Shown: positions 39,274 to 53,760, numbered from the stretch's first letter. The stretch: DNA of 64,000 bases from Octopus sinensis (GCF_006345805.1 NC_042997.1:174902001-174966000), one strand, 5' to 3'. Numbers and translations: made by a program. Notes: generated by a model not told the origin, from the letters alone.

Positions 39274-39700
39274 CATTCGTTTGTGTTTAGCTCTATTTTA
39301 AATATTAATCTAATACGTCCTGTAATATTTTTTTTCTTAACATATTCTCTGATTCGTGTTCGTTGTCTAGTTCATTAATCCTAAGTATTTGTAAGTCTGT
39401 GTTTTGTTTTATTCTCATATCCCTGTTTCTTTATTTAATATGGACAGAGTTCTTCCAATTAATTTTCCTCCCTTCAAGATTATTTTAGTGCATATTGCTA
39501 AACCAGATTCCATATCAATTTCTGTATTCTATCTGTAATAATTCTTTAATTGTGTATCATCTGAAAGCATTCAACAATTGGAGGTAGTTGATTGTCCGTC
39601 TACACAATATTTTATACGAGTTTTGTCTGGTTTAAGATGTTTGCCAAAGAACTTTACTTTTCATCCTTTGCAGTTGATAAAATGAGAACGAGTCAAATAC
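38890..39700 (-). pseudogene. Decayed R4/Dong-clade RT fragment interrupted by (TAA)n
   Basis: YKYLG.NELD, RIRLIFK.ELN, NYSSNILNWTLNELVRLDRKTRKIMT on the minus strand. Confidence 0.65.
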
Positions 39701-39719
39701 AGCAGTTATACATGAGTAA

Positions 39720-40110
39720 CTATTCTTTTATTCTTTTATTTGTTTCAGTCGTTTGATTGCGACCAAGCTGGAGCACCGCCTTTAGTCGAGCAAATCGACC
39801 CCCAAGACTTATTCTTTGCAAGCCTAGTACTTATTTTCTCGTTATCTTTAGCCGAACCGTTAAGTTACTGGGACGTAAACACACCAACATCGGTTGTCAA
39901 ACGATTGTAGGGGAACAAACTCAGACACACTAACATTTACGTATATATATATACGACGGGCTTCTTTCAGTTTCCGTCTACCAAATCTACTCACAAGGCT
40001 TTGGTTTGCCCGAGATTATAGTAGAAGACACTTGCCCAGGTGCTATGCAGTGGGACTGAAACCGGAACCATGTGGTTGGTAAGCAAGCTACTTACCACAC
40101 AGCCATTCCT
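39720..40110 (-). mobile_element. Full-length family B SINE
   Basis: Head and tail motifs as in 23508-23910. Confidence 0.88.
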
Positions 40111-40113
40111 GGG

Positions 40114-40167
<54 letters not shown>

Positions 40168-40169
<2 letters not shown>

Positions 40170-40421
40170 CACAATTGGTAAAATTGTATGGTCGAGTCTG
40201 TGGCAGTAGAGACTTCCGGTGTTATCGGTCCTTGCGTCATATCCCTGCTCACTGCTATCGAGACGAATATGGCTGCCTGCAAGCGCGAGCCCCCTCAGTT
40301 TGAGTGGCTGTACCAGTGCATCTTCTTTGCCATCCTCCGGAGTAACGCCTTTTCCATTTTGCCTTCTGAGGGCAAGAGGTGGTCTCAATTACAGGAAAGA
40401 ATACGTTCCATTCTTTCATGA
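40168..40421 (+). mobile_element. CRE-clade non-LTR element 3' end (restriction-like endonuclease C-terminus)
   Basis: ESVAVETSGVIGP...REPPQFEWLYQCIFFAILRSNAFSIL matches the recalled P(F/V)AVETxG...LxQRISxAIQRGNAxSI signature. Confidence 0.7.
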
Positions 40422-40749
40422 GTGAGTATTCTGTCCATTCAAATAGCCCTGGCGTAAAAGTAAAGTCAGCTATCAACAGACATTTTGTACAGAATGCTGA
40501 TAGTTCTGCCAGCTCTCGGCCTGGATGCAGATAAAAGCAAAATTATAGGCACAAAGTTTGAAATTTTGGGGAAGGCGGGAAGCTGGTCGATTACATCGAT
40601 CCCAGTGCTCAGATGGTACTTATTTCTTCGACTCCGAAAGAATGAACAGTAAAGTCGACCTCGGCGAAATTTCAAACCAAAACACAAAATTAAACCTTGG
40701 CGTATCGACAGATTATTGACCAACAAAATATCTGAATAGACGTACACAT

Positions 40750-41048
40750 CTTTCTTCTTTCGCCCTTTTCAAGCCTAGCCCGTTTTCCCGGTTTCTGTGG
40801 CGTATGGGTTCCCCCCAGCTGGACGGCACGCCAGTCCATCGCAACGTTCCTCGAGAAACAGGAAGAGAGAATGAGAGAAAGTTGGGGCGAAAGAGTACAA
40901 CAGGGTTCGCCACCATCCCCTGCCGGAGACTCGTGGAGCTTCAGGTGTTTTCGCTCAATAAACACACAACGCCCGGTCTGGGAATCGAAACCGCGATCCT
41001 CCGACCGCGAGTCCGCTGACCTAACCACTGGGCCATTGCGCCTCCACT
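40750..41048 (-). mobile_element. tRNA-derived SINE family C variant with 11-bp TSD
   Basis: Head gtggaggcgcaatggcccagtggttagg, internal tgcgatggactggcgtgccgtccag; TSD gacgtacacat at 40739-40749 and 41049-41059. Confidence 0.9.
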
Positions 41049-41149
41049 GACGTACACATAGGTAATATAAATTTGAGGGAATATGAAAAGATTTAAGATT
41101 TAAGAAAATTGTAAAGACGGTAACTTGTAGTACGACAATATCTTTAATA

Positions 41150-41208
41150 TGTGCAGAGGCATGTGGTTAAGGAAGGAACTTGCTTTGCGATCAAGATGTT
41201 TTGGGTTC

Positions 41209-41248
<40 letters not shown>

Positions 41249-41525
41249 AAGAATGCAAATATATGTGTGTGTGTGTGAGTACACATGTATATGAGTGTAT
41301 GTCTGTCGGTGTTTGCCACCTATACAACTACTTGACAACCGGTGTTAATTTGTTTACGTTCATGTTATCTAGCGGTTTGGCAAAAGTAACTGATAGAATA
41401 AGTAACAAACTAAGAAAAAAGTACTGGGATCGATTTGTTAGACGAAAACAAAAACAATAAAAAAAACTTTCAAGGCGATGCCTCAGCATGGCCGCAGTCC
41501 AATGACTGAAGCAAGTACAAGATAA
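41150..41525 (+). mobile_element. Diverged family B SINE
   Basis: gcatgtggttaag head; cttgacaaccggtgtt...cagcatggccgcagtccaatgactgaagcaag tail. Confidence 0.7.
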
Positions 41526-42300
41526 AAGATGACGCCATAATCTGAAAGTAGAAATAGTTAACGAAATCAAAATAGATAGATTTTCCTATGGTTTAACCAA
41601 ATATGCCTCCAATGATATACGACTGGCTATTGTTGACTTAATGAAAACAGATGTGGACCTCAATATTATCAGGGAAAACTAAATTTATGTGTCACCGAAG
41701 ATCACTCGATACATCCGCTTTCTTTTCTCTGTGCATCTCTGCGCAGACTCACGACCCAAGCTTTACATTAGGCACATTCCTTAAATGTTTATCCTTGGAA
41801 CTGGAAAACCCTTTGGAAGTCTCTTCTCTCTGCCCGCTTACATATTAACCAGCTTATGTTTAAATTGAACATTGTTCTCATCCGACTTGGTAGGAAAAAT
41901 TGGAAAGGTGATGGGGTCACTGCTCTTCTTCCCAACCCCGACTAACAATGGCGAACAGGAGGTCTGTTTGAAACGAGGATGGTAGTATTCGTTACAAACT
42001 AATGTAACAAATAGAACTGGTCGGAATTATACCACCATCATTTTCCTTACCGTTGCGGAGAGTTGATATATTCTGCAAGTTCTACACTTAGTTTTATTTC
42101 AATAGAAGAACTCGAGCGTGCAGGGGGATTTATTTTTGTATTAGTATTTAGAAGTTAAGGTTTCAACGAATAAGCAAACTCGATGTCGGTGAAGTTAATG
42201 TCAGCCATAAATATTTGTTTAACGCTGATTTCGGTAAACAAACATTAATGACGTTGAAGATACTGAACGCGTTGGCGATACCGAGTGTTAGACCTAATAG

Positions 42301-42323
42301 TAAGATGGCGGCGATTGGTGAGT
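42301..42323 (+). promoter_or_regulatory. Candidate translation start with YY1-type motif AAGATGGCGGC and a consensus GTGAGT donor
   Basis: aagATGGCGGCGATTG|GTGAGT (ATG 42305, donor GT 42318); CpG-richer context; no downstream exon confirmed. Confidence 0.3.
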
Positions 42324-42791
42324 AGAAATAGCAAGAGTAGGAGTAGGAGAAGAAGTGGAGGAAGGAGAGAAGAATTTGATAAGAGACGACAGAGGTGGCA
42401 GTAGCTGCAATCTGAGTATTAGCAATTAGGAGTGTCAGAGAGTAAGAGAGGCTAAAGAAACGCCAGTAGCGGTAGAAGGGAACGCAAAGCAGGCAGGTGA
42501 ACAACATATTATTCTGTTGACTATAGGAATAAATAAATGAGTTTTTCCATCTCCGTACTATTTATCAGGGAAGCGGGGGAGGGGCAGGTGGAGTGATAGG
42601 GGGGTTGGAATAGGCCACGAATATTTATGACTTTTTCCGTGATTGTGTAGTGGTTGATTGAGTGTGTGCTGCTTAAGAGTATTTGTCTTTATCTGTTTAC
42701 TGTGATTTACAACGTGTGAGTATGCACGCACGCGCTTGTGTGTGTGTGTGTGTGTGTGTGTGTACGTGCGTGTGCGTGTGCGTGATTGCTG

Positions 42792-42825
<34 letters not shown>

Positions 42826-43010
42826 TTCATGTGTGCACGCGCGTGTGTGCGTTCATGTATATGCGTGTAAATATGTACATACTTACACTCATACACAAAC
42901 ACATTAATATATAAAAATATATATACACACACGCACACACACAAACACATACATACATTCCTACACTCCGCATACATGTATATACATCACGCATATATAT
43001 ATAGATAGAT

Positions 43011-43085
<75 letters not shown>

Positions 43086-43114
43086 TAGATATAGATATTA
43101 GATTAGATAGATAG

Positions 43115-43145
<31 letters not shown>

Positions 43146-43457
43146 TATACATATATATACATATATATATACATATATAATATAAACATATACACATATA
43201 TATTATATACATACATATATACATATGTGTGTATATACATATATATACACTATATATAACATACATATATATATATATACATATATATCACTATATAATA
43301 TTATACATATATATACATATATATATATATACATATATGTATATAATATACTATATATCATATATCATTATATATATGCATATATATATGTATATGTATA
43401 TGTATATATGTATGTATATATATATACATATATACATATATATACATATATATACAC

Positions 43458-43488
<31 letters not shown>

Positions 43489-43859
43489 AACACACACACA
43501 TATGTATACACACATACACATATATATATATGCATGCATGTATATGCTTGTTTGTGTTTATGTGCGCGCGCGTGTACCATTTGTGCTTATAGTTAAAAAA
43601 TAATATGTGTAAGTGACGAACGCATCACAAGCTCCCCAATTTATAGCACTCACTGGTATGGGCGAGGCAGTAGAACCAACGGAACTAACATTTTGTGTTG
43701 TTTAGAGTCATTCTTCCCCTTCGGTTCCGGGTTCAAATCCCAGCGGGGTTAATTTACCCCCTATCAGCCATCATCAGAGCCAATAAATTTTATTCCCTGC
43801 AACGAGACTGAATCGTCCCTGCTGTTGTCTCACAAAACCCCAGGCGTGTCTTGTGACAA

Positions 43860-44103
43860 GAAGAAGAAGAAGAAGAAGAAGAAGAAGAAGAAGAAGGAGA
43901 AGAAGAAGAAGAAGAAGAAGAAGAAAATGAAGAAGAAGATGATGAAGAAGATGATGAAGAGAAGAAGAAGAAGAAGAAGGAGAAGAAGAAGATGAAGAAG
44001 AAGAAGAAGAAGAAGAAGAAGAAGAAGAAGAAGAAGAAAATGAAGAAGAAGAAAAGAAAATGAAGAAGAAGAAGAAGAAGAAGAAGAAAGAAGAAGAAGA
44101 AGA
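43860..44103. repeat. (GAA)n tract
   Basis: Directly visible. Confidence 0.95.
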
Positions 44104-44299
44104 ATGATTTCATTTATTTGTCACCAGGGCGAATGGTGAGGGGGACAATAGAAAGACAGACGTAAAGTGTAAGGGTTTACATATAATGAAATAATAATAA
44201 TAATATTAATAATAATAATAACAACAACAACAACAACAACAACTACAACAACAACAACAATAATAACAACAACAACAACAACAACAATAATTATAATAA

Positions 44300-44665
44300 T
44301 AAGCAAATATTCTGCTCAATACCACAGATTTGCTTTGTTTTGTCTTGGTATAAAGGATGGGCTACAGCAAATATTCTGCGCAATACCACAGATTTGCTTG
44401 TCAGTTGTTTGACCATAACCAATTGACCATGTCTCTTAGTGGCTGACGATATGTGCATCTCTGATCATGAGCAGAAGTAGTGGGGGAGCATCATAGCAGT
44501 GTGCTGAAAGGAATTCTTAGAGGTTTGAATAATTCACCTTATTCAGGAACCTTTTGAGCGGGATGCGCTGTTTATCTTGATATGAGATCACCATTTCGCG
44601 CACATATGGTTGTGATGCATGTGTCTGGTGTACACTTATCAGACAGGTAGTCATGATGGGTATAT
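44300..44665 (+). mobile_element. Dispersed repeat (family F); second copy at about 45285-45605
   Basis: Shared gatatgtgcatctct.atca.gagca.aagtagtgg ... gcacatatggttgtgatgcatgt.YctggtgtaY. Confidence 0.7.
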
Positions 44666-44684
44666 AATAATAATAATAATAATA

Positions 44685-44724
<40 letters not shown>

Positions 44725-44732
<8 letters not shown>

Positions 44733-45095
44733 AATGGTGGTGGACAAGATGCAAGCCCCTTTGACACACGAAGGAAGGAGAAAAGATAGATAAATACAAC
44801 CCTCTTAAATTCGAAATAGACCGGCTATGGAAGATGACGAAGGTGAAGATAGTGCCAATTATTCATAGGTCCTTGGGAACAGTATCAGAAGGCATCAAGG
44901 GGAATATAAAGGAAATTGGAAAAGAATGCCCAACAGAACCGTTACAAAAGGTCTGCCTCCTTGGCACAGCTAGAATATTCAAGACAGTATTAGATGGCTG
45001 AAAAGAATGGATAGCGTAGAACCGTAGGCTGCTGGTAAGATTCCAGGAACTCAAAAAAAAAAAAAAAGAAACTGTGATAAAAAGAAATAATAATA
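44725..45095 (+). mobile_element. R4/Dong-clade 3' end (RLE C-terminus plus 3' UTR ending in TAA repeats)
   Basis: KIDKYNPLKFEIDRLWKM..V.IVPII...LGTVS...LQKVCLLGTARI; tail ctgtgataaaaagaaataataataat. Confidence 0.8.
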
Positions 45096-45621
45096 ATTAT
45101 TATTATTTCATCGACTCCAGTGTTCAACTGGTATTCATTTTATCGACTCCGAAAGGATGAAAGGCAAAATCGATCTCAGCGGAATTTGAAGTCAGAACGA
45201 AATACCTCTAAGCATTTCGCCCGGCGAATTCTGCCAACTCGCCGCCTTAGTAATAACACAAATAATAAATAAATTAATTAAAGTTGCCCTGATGCAGTAC
45301 CAAGCACTGGCTACGATATGTGCATCTCTAATCACGAGCAAAAGTAGTGGCAGGGGCATCATAGCTATATGTTGAGAGGAGTTCTTTGGAGTTGAATAAG
45401 TCACCTCTGGAAGCATGGATGTTTCGTTGAACACCCTTAAACAACCCTTATTCAGGAACCTTTTAAGTGGGATGGGATACTCAATCTGAAGAAAATCTAA
45501 CTGGGCGCCACCTGCAAGGTCATGCGCTGTTCAACTTGATATAAGATCACCGTGTAGCGCACATATGGTTGTGATGCATGTACCTGGTGTATCCTTATCA
45601 GACACTGCTCTCATTCAATAA

Positions 45622-46960
45622 TAATGATTTCATTTATTTTCCACAAGAGCTAGGGATGAGGGGGACAATACAAAGACAGACCATAAAGTGTAGGGGTTTA
45701 CATATAATGAAATAATTAAAAAATGAAAGAATGAAAGAAATTTAGTATACACGGTATACACTGAAAAAGAAGGGACGTACGCATAGCATACAAAGGTTTA
45801 AAAAAGTAGCGGAGAGAATGATAGAGATGTGGCCCTCCTAATACAGGAAGGCCTCTAGAGATAATCGAGGAACCCCACTGTCCGAGATTTCCCTGAAACC
45901 CGGTAGCGGCCCCCGGTAGCACTGCCAAGCCAAAAACATTTGGAAATTATTCATAATAGTCCCCGAACGGAAAGTCCTCCGGAACAGACGCATAGGAGTC
46001 TCCCCCAGGATGTCGTTGCACTTTCCCGCCACCAATCCTCTATAAATAGCTAAAGTGGAACATCCACTGACTGGTAGAGGACAGTGAGCGCCTGACGATA
46101 TTGTAAGTTCCAGGTACCCAGTCATGGTCTATCTTTCACCCAGAACTGCAGCTCCGTCAAAAAGACGAGTTGCGGAAATACGAGCCTCACAAACGGAGCC
46201 CACACACGTTCACCTTCTAGAAATTGTTGCAGATGGTGCAACCTGAGCGCATGTTTGCACATCAAAAGCCATGGCATGCCTAAACCGCCACTCAGTGGGA
46301 GCTGACAGCAGATTGACCGCCTGACCATTGGAACACGTCCCTTCCACAAAAAACATGAACAAGAGATGCTCCAACTTGATCAAACAATAACTGGCACAAG
46401 GCATGACAGTCATACGGTAAATGATAACGGAGGCAATGTAGGCATTCAAGGAAACAGTGTTTCCTAGGGCTAAATAACAGTAGCATTCTTCCTTTTCATG
46501 GGACTGTCACATTAAGTTGACAGCATATTATCACTTTATCGTGCTGCTACTGCATAAGTCTCTGAGAGATTTAAAAATGTATTATTTCTAGTTCTCAGGA
46601 ATGTTTCTAGACGCCTGAAGAAATCTGGCCTCCCAGACCCTGTCGGAACATAAATGGCCACCAATCTAAAGGTACTACCTTCATCGCCATTCTCATCAAG
46701 GACCATCAACCTACCGTCCAGGTCCAAGAAGATTGCCCTCACTGTGAGACCTAAGGATTTTCAGAATAACACTGCTACACCGCCACCCGCTTCCGACAGA
46801 CCATAAATGAGAATACCTCGTAGTCTTGAGTACTTACTGAACTTTCCAATATCTTGTTGGAATTTCTCTTTCAAATCAAGATCCGTATCTGTTTGGATTA
46901 ACATCCTGTCCGGTGGAACTTTCTGGAAGGAGTTCCGCAAAACCTTCACTTGTAATGTTT
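45622..46960 (-). mobile_element. L1/Tx1 element, internally deleted (APE endonuclease joined to post-RT region and 3' UTR)
   Basis: GGGVAVLF, DLDGRLMVLD...FRLVAIYVP...RPDFFRRLETFL at 46536-46950; QLPLSGGLGMP...HALRL at 46122-46349; LAWQCYRG. Confidence 0.88.
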
Positions 46961-47140
46961 TTGTTATTAACTACTTAATCAATCCAATGTTGATGAAAGA
47001 AGCACCCGAGAGTGTGACTGCCGGTGGGTTCAGTTTTTCCGGGTGTTGCTTTTTTGTTTTCATGATTTTTGTGGTTGTGAATGTGGTTGAGAATATGTTT
47101 GCGAAAATTGATCGTCTTGTAATGAAGATGTTGATGTTGA

Positions 47141-47368
47141 TGTTGATTTATTTATAAATTGGTGTTGAGACTTTTTTTTACCGTCATGTCTTAGGGCCTT
47201 CAATTTGATTCATATTCATATCTGATTCATATTCATTTATCTCTTATCTCCTTTGTCGGCGATAAGAGATAAATGAATATGAATCAGATATGAATATGAA
47301 TCAAATTCAAGGCCCTAAGACATGACGGTAAAACAAAGTCTCAACACCAATTTATAAATAAATCAACA
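47141..47368. repeat. Near-perfect palindrome: 108-bp arms, 12-nt loop
   Basis: 47141-47248 vs 47261-47368 reverse complement, 2 mismatches. Confidence 0.95.
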
Positions 47369-47775
47369 CGACTTTGCTTTTGAGGGGCCCGAGTCGAAGG
47401 AAGGAGGCAGATGCGAGGTAATAGTTTTTACCGGCGGCGGCGGCGGCGGTGGTGGTGGTGGTGGTGGGCTGGTCATTGCCGTGGTATTGTAAAGGTAGTT
47501 GTGGTGATGGTAATAGTGATTCTGAAAGTGATGACGATAGTGTTGGTGGTGGTGTAGTGTTGGTGTTGGCAGCTGTTGTATATTCCCAAGCAAGTCCTGT
47601 ATGAACAGATCTCTAGCCAAAAACCATTCCAACCATGGCCATCCTGTCCTTTATGGTACAATGGTTATTGTGACAACGGTAATTAATAGATACGAAATCA
47701 ATCTATCTAATTTAAACGAAATAACAGTGTGCGTGCGTGCGTCTGTCCGTCCGTCCGTCTGTGTGTGTGTGTGTG

Positions 47776-47822
<47 letters not shown>

Positions 47823-47837
47823 GTGTGTGTGTGTGTG

Positions 47838-47874
<37 letters not shown>

Positions 47875-48114
47875 TGAGTGTGCGTGTGCATGCGTGTTTG
47901 CATATGTGTGTGCATTTATTTTGGTTTTCATCGACCACTCATCTTTAAGACTGGGCTTCCGATCAAACGAGGGTGAAAGATTCTTTGGAACACCCATCCT
48001 AATGATGAGTTCCAGAGAGAGAGAGAGAGAGGAGGGAGAACTTTCTTGGGAGGAACGAGAATGGGAAATCCTTAAAACAATAATCCACTATTTTTCTTTA
48101 ATAGATCTAAATAG

Positions 48115-48376
48115 GTGGAGGCGCGTGGCTTAGTGGTTAGGGTGTCAGCATCATGATCACAAGATTGTGGTTTCGATTCCTGGCACCGGTCGACGCGTTG
48201 TATTCTTGAGCAAAACACTTCATTTCACATTGCTCCAGTCCACTCAGCTGGTAAAAATTAGTAACGCTGCGATTGACTGGCGTCCCGTCCAGCTGGGGAA
48301 GACATATGCCATTGAAACCGGGAAACCGGGCCCGTGAGCCTGGCTAGGCTTTAAAAGGGCGCATTTATCTATTTTT
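48115..48376 (+). mobile_element. tRNA-derived SINE family C variant with 13-bp TSD
   Basis: Head ggaggcgcgtggcttagtggttagg; gctgcgattgactggcgtcccgtccag; TSD tagatctaRatag at 48102-48114 and 48377-48389. Confidence 0.9.
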
Positions 48377-48574
48377 TAGATCTAGATAGAGAAAAAAAAT
48401 TTCTGCTTTTCTTCGTTCCCTGGTGGTCAGTCTTTCGGCATTTCTACAACTGTAAACATATGGTTTTTACACGTCGTTTCTCTTTTATTCCAACGAATAA
48501 CTGAATCACAATATTATTTGATCTATTCAGTTGGTTATTCTAATTATTTACATTATTATTGATATATAAGGTGA

Positions 48575-48790
48575 CTAGATTGTGGAATTGTCATCGCGTC
48601 GAACAAAATGCTTAGGGGCAGTTCTTCCAGTTTTACGTTCTGAGTTAAAATATCGCAAGGTTGGTTTTGCCTTTCATCTTTCCTGGGTCGCTAAATCAAG
48701 TACCAGTTGAGCAGTGGTGTCGATGTAATCGACTAACACACTCCCCTTCAAAATTTCAGGCTTTGTGCTTTTAGTAGAAAGACTTATTTT
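48575..48790 (+). mobile_element. Diverged family A SINE
   Basis: aaaatgcttag...ctgagttaaaa...tttgcctttcatc...gtcgatgtaatcgact. Confidence 0.75.
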
Positions 48791-49544
48791 TATAAGTCAT
48801 ATAGTTATATCATCTGATGTCTTTTACGTTATTTCTCCTTCACCGATAAGAGATTTCTCTATCTCGATTTATCAGGAAAAAAAGTCGGTCAGTTGTTTTC
48901 CTTTTTTCTCTCTGTGTGAAACTTATTTCCTTCTCTCTTGCCTCTCTATAAAACCCAACATAAGGATAGGCGCTCTAAAGAATTTCTCTCTTTCTTTAAG
49001 AAACTCTCATTAGGGGATGGGTATCCTACTCATCCTACCCCAGCTATTTCCTTCTCCAAAACGCTTCTCATGATGCGCTCCCACGGCAATTTCCGCCATT
49101 TTGCGGCGCCACTCTGAAAATGACGCTAAAGGTTTGAGTTTACTTGTCTCCACAGAATTCATTTATTTTTCTTAGTTATCTTTGTTAAAAAGATATTTTA
49201 CATCTCTACATATTTTTGTTATACACTTGCACAAATAAGATCTTCCACTTTACTTTTACCATCCCATGTGCTTTCTCAATATCTTTATTCCCTCATACTT
49301 GCACATTCTCTCACACCATCCCCATCTTGCGATTATGCACGCATACGAACATCTGACGCAACCACTAAACATCGCCACTATATTCTCACATTTGCGTACC
49401 TCTATCACAAGCAAATACTACACGCACGCACAACTTGCACACGCATACACACACACACACACACACAAATACCATTGTCCTTTTTCCCGCTTCCAAACAC
49501 AGCTACACTCTTATTTTCAGAGAATATTGACAATAGTGTGACTT

Positions 49545-49880
49545 CCCCTAATAATTCAAATATGTACAGACACTCATCTTTTACAAGAGGAAGGATAACC
49601 GACACGATAGTGGAAACAATTGAAAAAATTCTCTTCTTTCAATTGCAGAGAAAATTCTGGCAGAAATATTGCTCCAAAGATTACAAACAAATATCGGAAC
49701 GAATTCTTTCTGAGAGCCAGTGTGGATTTCATGTGTCTAGGAGCATCAACGATATGATTTTCACTAAACGAAAAATTCAGGAAAAATCCATTTAATATTA
49801 CATCCTACTTTTTACTGTATCCATCCACTTTACGAAAGCTTTCGACAGTGTGGAAAAACAGGATTTACGGACCCCACTCA
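49545..49880 (+). pseudogene. RTE-like reverse transcriptase fragment
   Basis: ERILSESQCGF..SRSINDMIFT.RKIQEK followed by a FTKAFDSV-like motif. Confidence 0.7.
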
Positions 49881-50067
49881 AGGAATTTCCCGAGTAAATA
49901 AGCTCTCTTCAAAGCGATATCTCACCCGATTTCCAGTTGCCCAAGAGGTATAACAAGATTCCTGGATGCCGTGCTTGAAAAGGTGCAAGCGCAACCACAA
50001 ACGGTGTATAAATTTACAGAAGACTAGATAATGAGTTGTTGAAACTATCTCAGTTAAGCTCCATCGG

Positions 50068-50307
50068 GAAATACCCATTTCTTTATTACCCACAAGGGGC
50101 TAAACATAGAAGGGACAAACAAGGACAGACATAGGTATTAAGTCGATTACATCGACCCCAGTGCGTAACTGGTACTTAATTTATCGACCCCGAAAGGATG
50201 AAAGGCAAAGTCGACCTCGGCGGAATTTGAACTCACAACGTAACGGCAGACGAAATACCGCTAAGCATTTCGCCCGACGTGCTAACGTTTCTGCCAGCTC
50301 GCCGCCT
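50068..50307 (-). mobile_element. Family A SINE, near consensus
   Basis: Full head and body. Confidence 0.92.
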
Positions 50308-50399
50308 TAACTACACTGAAACATACACACACACACACATATTATAGTCGTATATATGTAAAGTATATGTCCGTGTCAACGTATATCTATACGTGTGCG

Positions 50400-50890
50400 C
50401 GAATACATATGAATATTTTTTAACAAGCAACCTGAAAAGAAACTACAGTTGCACAACGAATAGGGAAAATATATCATATTCACATGCCAATAAAACTAAC
50501 GCCATATGTGCACACAACATAAATCTCACTTGGTAAAAGTCATATAAAACCAAGACTAGAAGTGGTATGTAAACGACAAATAGGCATGATGGAAAGAAAA
50601 TTTAATAGAAGGTTCTATAACCAAAGGATCGCTTTTTTAGGCATATAGAGAAAAGGTACAAAGCAAAATTATCCTACGATACCAGCCATTTAAATGAAAA
50701 CACTTCAGATTTCCTCAGTACATAAAATATGCTAAGATATAAATTCTATAAAAATAGAAGCAGAAAGTGCAACCTTTTTGAGTAGTAGGGTAGAAGAAGA
50801 TTTTTAAAAATACACAATCACATATTCAAAGACCAGATCAGAAATATTCGAGAAATGCAGGTACGCCGAGAAGCACAGGTTACAGATCTG
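50400..50890 (+). pseudogene. Decayed Penelope-like GIY-YIG endonuclease C-terminus
   Basis: IGMMERKFNRRFYNQR..F/RHIEKR..., RKCNL, RSEIFEKCR resemble YIGxTExxFKxRxxNH...KCNLC...RSEIxxKCRH. Confidence 0.6.
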
Positions 50891-51269
50891 AGAATTACTG
50901 CCTCCCCCTGTCCACAGGACTAAAACCATCTAGATGCATGGTCTTTTGAAATTGCTTTGCATTGTCGTTTTCGTCACCTCTACAATAACAAATCTTTTCT
51001 CTTCCATTTTACATTTTTTTTCTCATGTCACTGCGTTATTTTATATTCTAAAATCTACCTTCTCCTTCTCATCCCTATGAATTGTTATTGTATTTCTCAT
51101 CCATTTTTTCACGAAATGTATTTCATTCATTTTCAAAAAATATATCTTCCCAACCCCTACCGCCCATCCTATCCAAAAGCTAAAACTTGCTTTAGGAAAG
51201 GGGAAATAATCCACTTCTACCTTATCCACCTTATTGGTAGCGGAAGGCGCATACATAAGCCAACGTCTG

Positions 51270-53150
<1,881 letters not shown>

Positions 53151-53670
53151 TCACCTTCTCTCGTTCTCTCTTTCCTCCTCATTTTTCTCTTTCTTTGTCT
53201 CTTCCTTGCCGTTCTTACCACCACCACCACCACTCCTACCCACTGTACTATCAATCAGCATCATCAACTAATTCTACGGCCTTTACGTGGCTGCTTGCTT
53301 TGCCAGAGATAACAGCCAAATCTCCCTCAATGCACACACTATCACGTCTTAGAAAAGGAAACGCTAGATAATGTGATCCTAGGTTCTGAGCACATGAAAA
53401 TAGGCACAATGGTCACGGCTGGAATGGTTTTTATCATAGACTCTTCAGGTTTGAACTGGGGTTAAGCAACAATAAAAAATCTACTACACTCGTAGCAAAT
53501 AAGTCACACCCAGTAGTAGTAGTGGTGGTGGTGGTGGTGGTGGTGGTGGTGGTGGTGGTTTTGGTGGTGGTGGTGGTGGTGGTGGTGGTGGTGGTGATGG
53601 TGGTGGTGGAGTCAGTAGTGGTAGTAGTAGTAATCTATTATCACTACCAAAACCACCACCATTTGCACTA

Positions 53671-53708
<38 letters not shown>

Positions 53709-53760
53709 GAACCACTACCATCTGAATTACAACTGCTACCACCAAAACCAACACAGTATG

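Noticed and set aside
49882-50073. Short inverted ends tttcccga/tcgggaaa
   Set aside because: An 8-bp match with no TSD; likely chance
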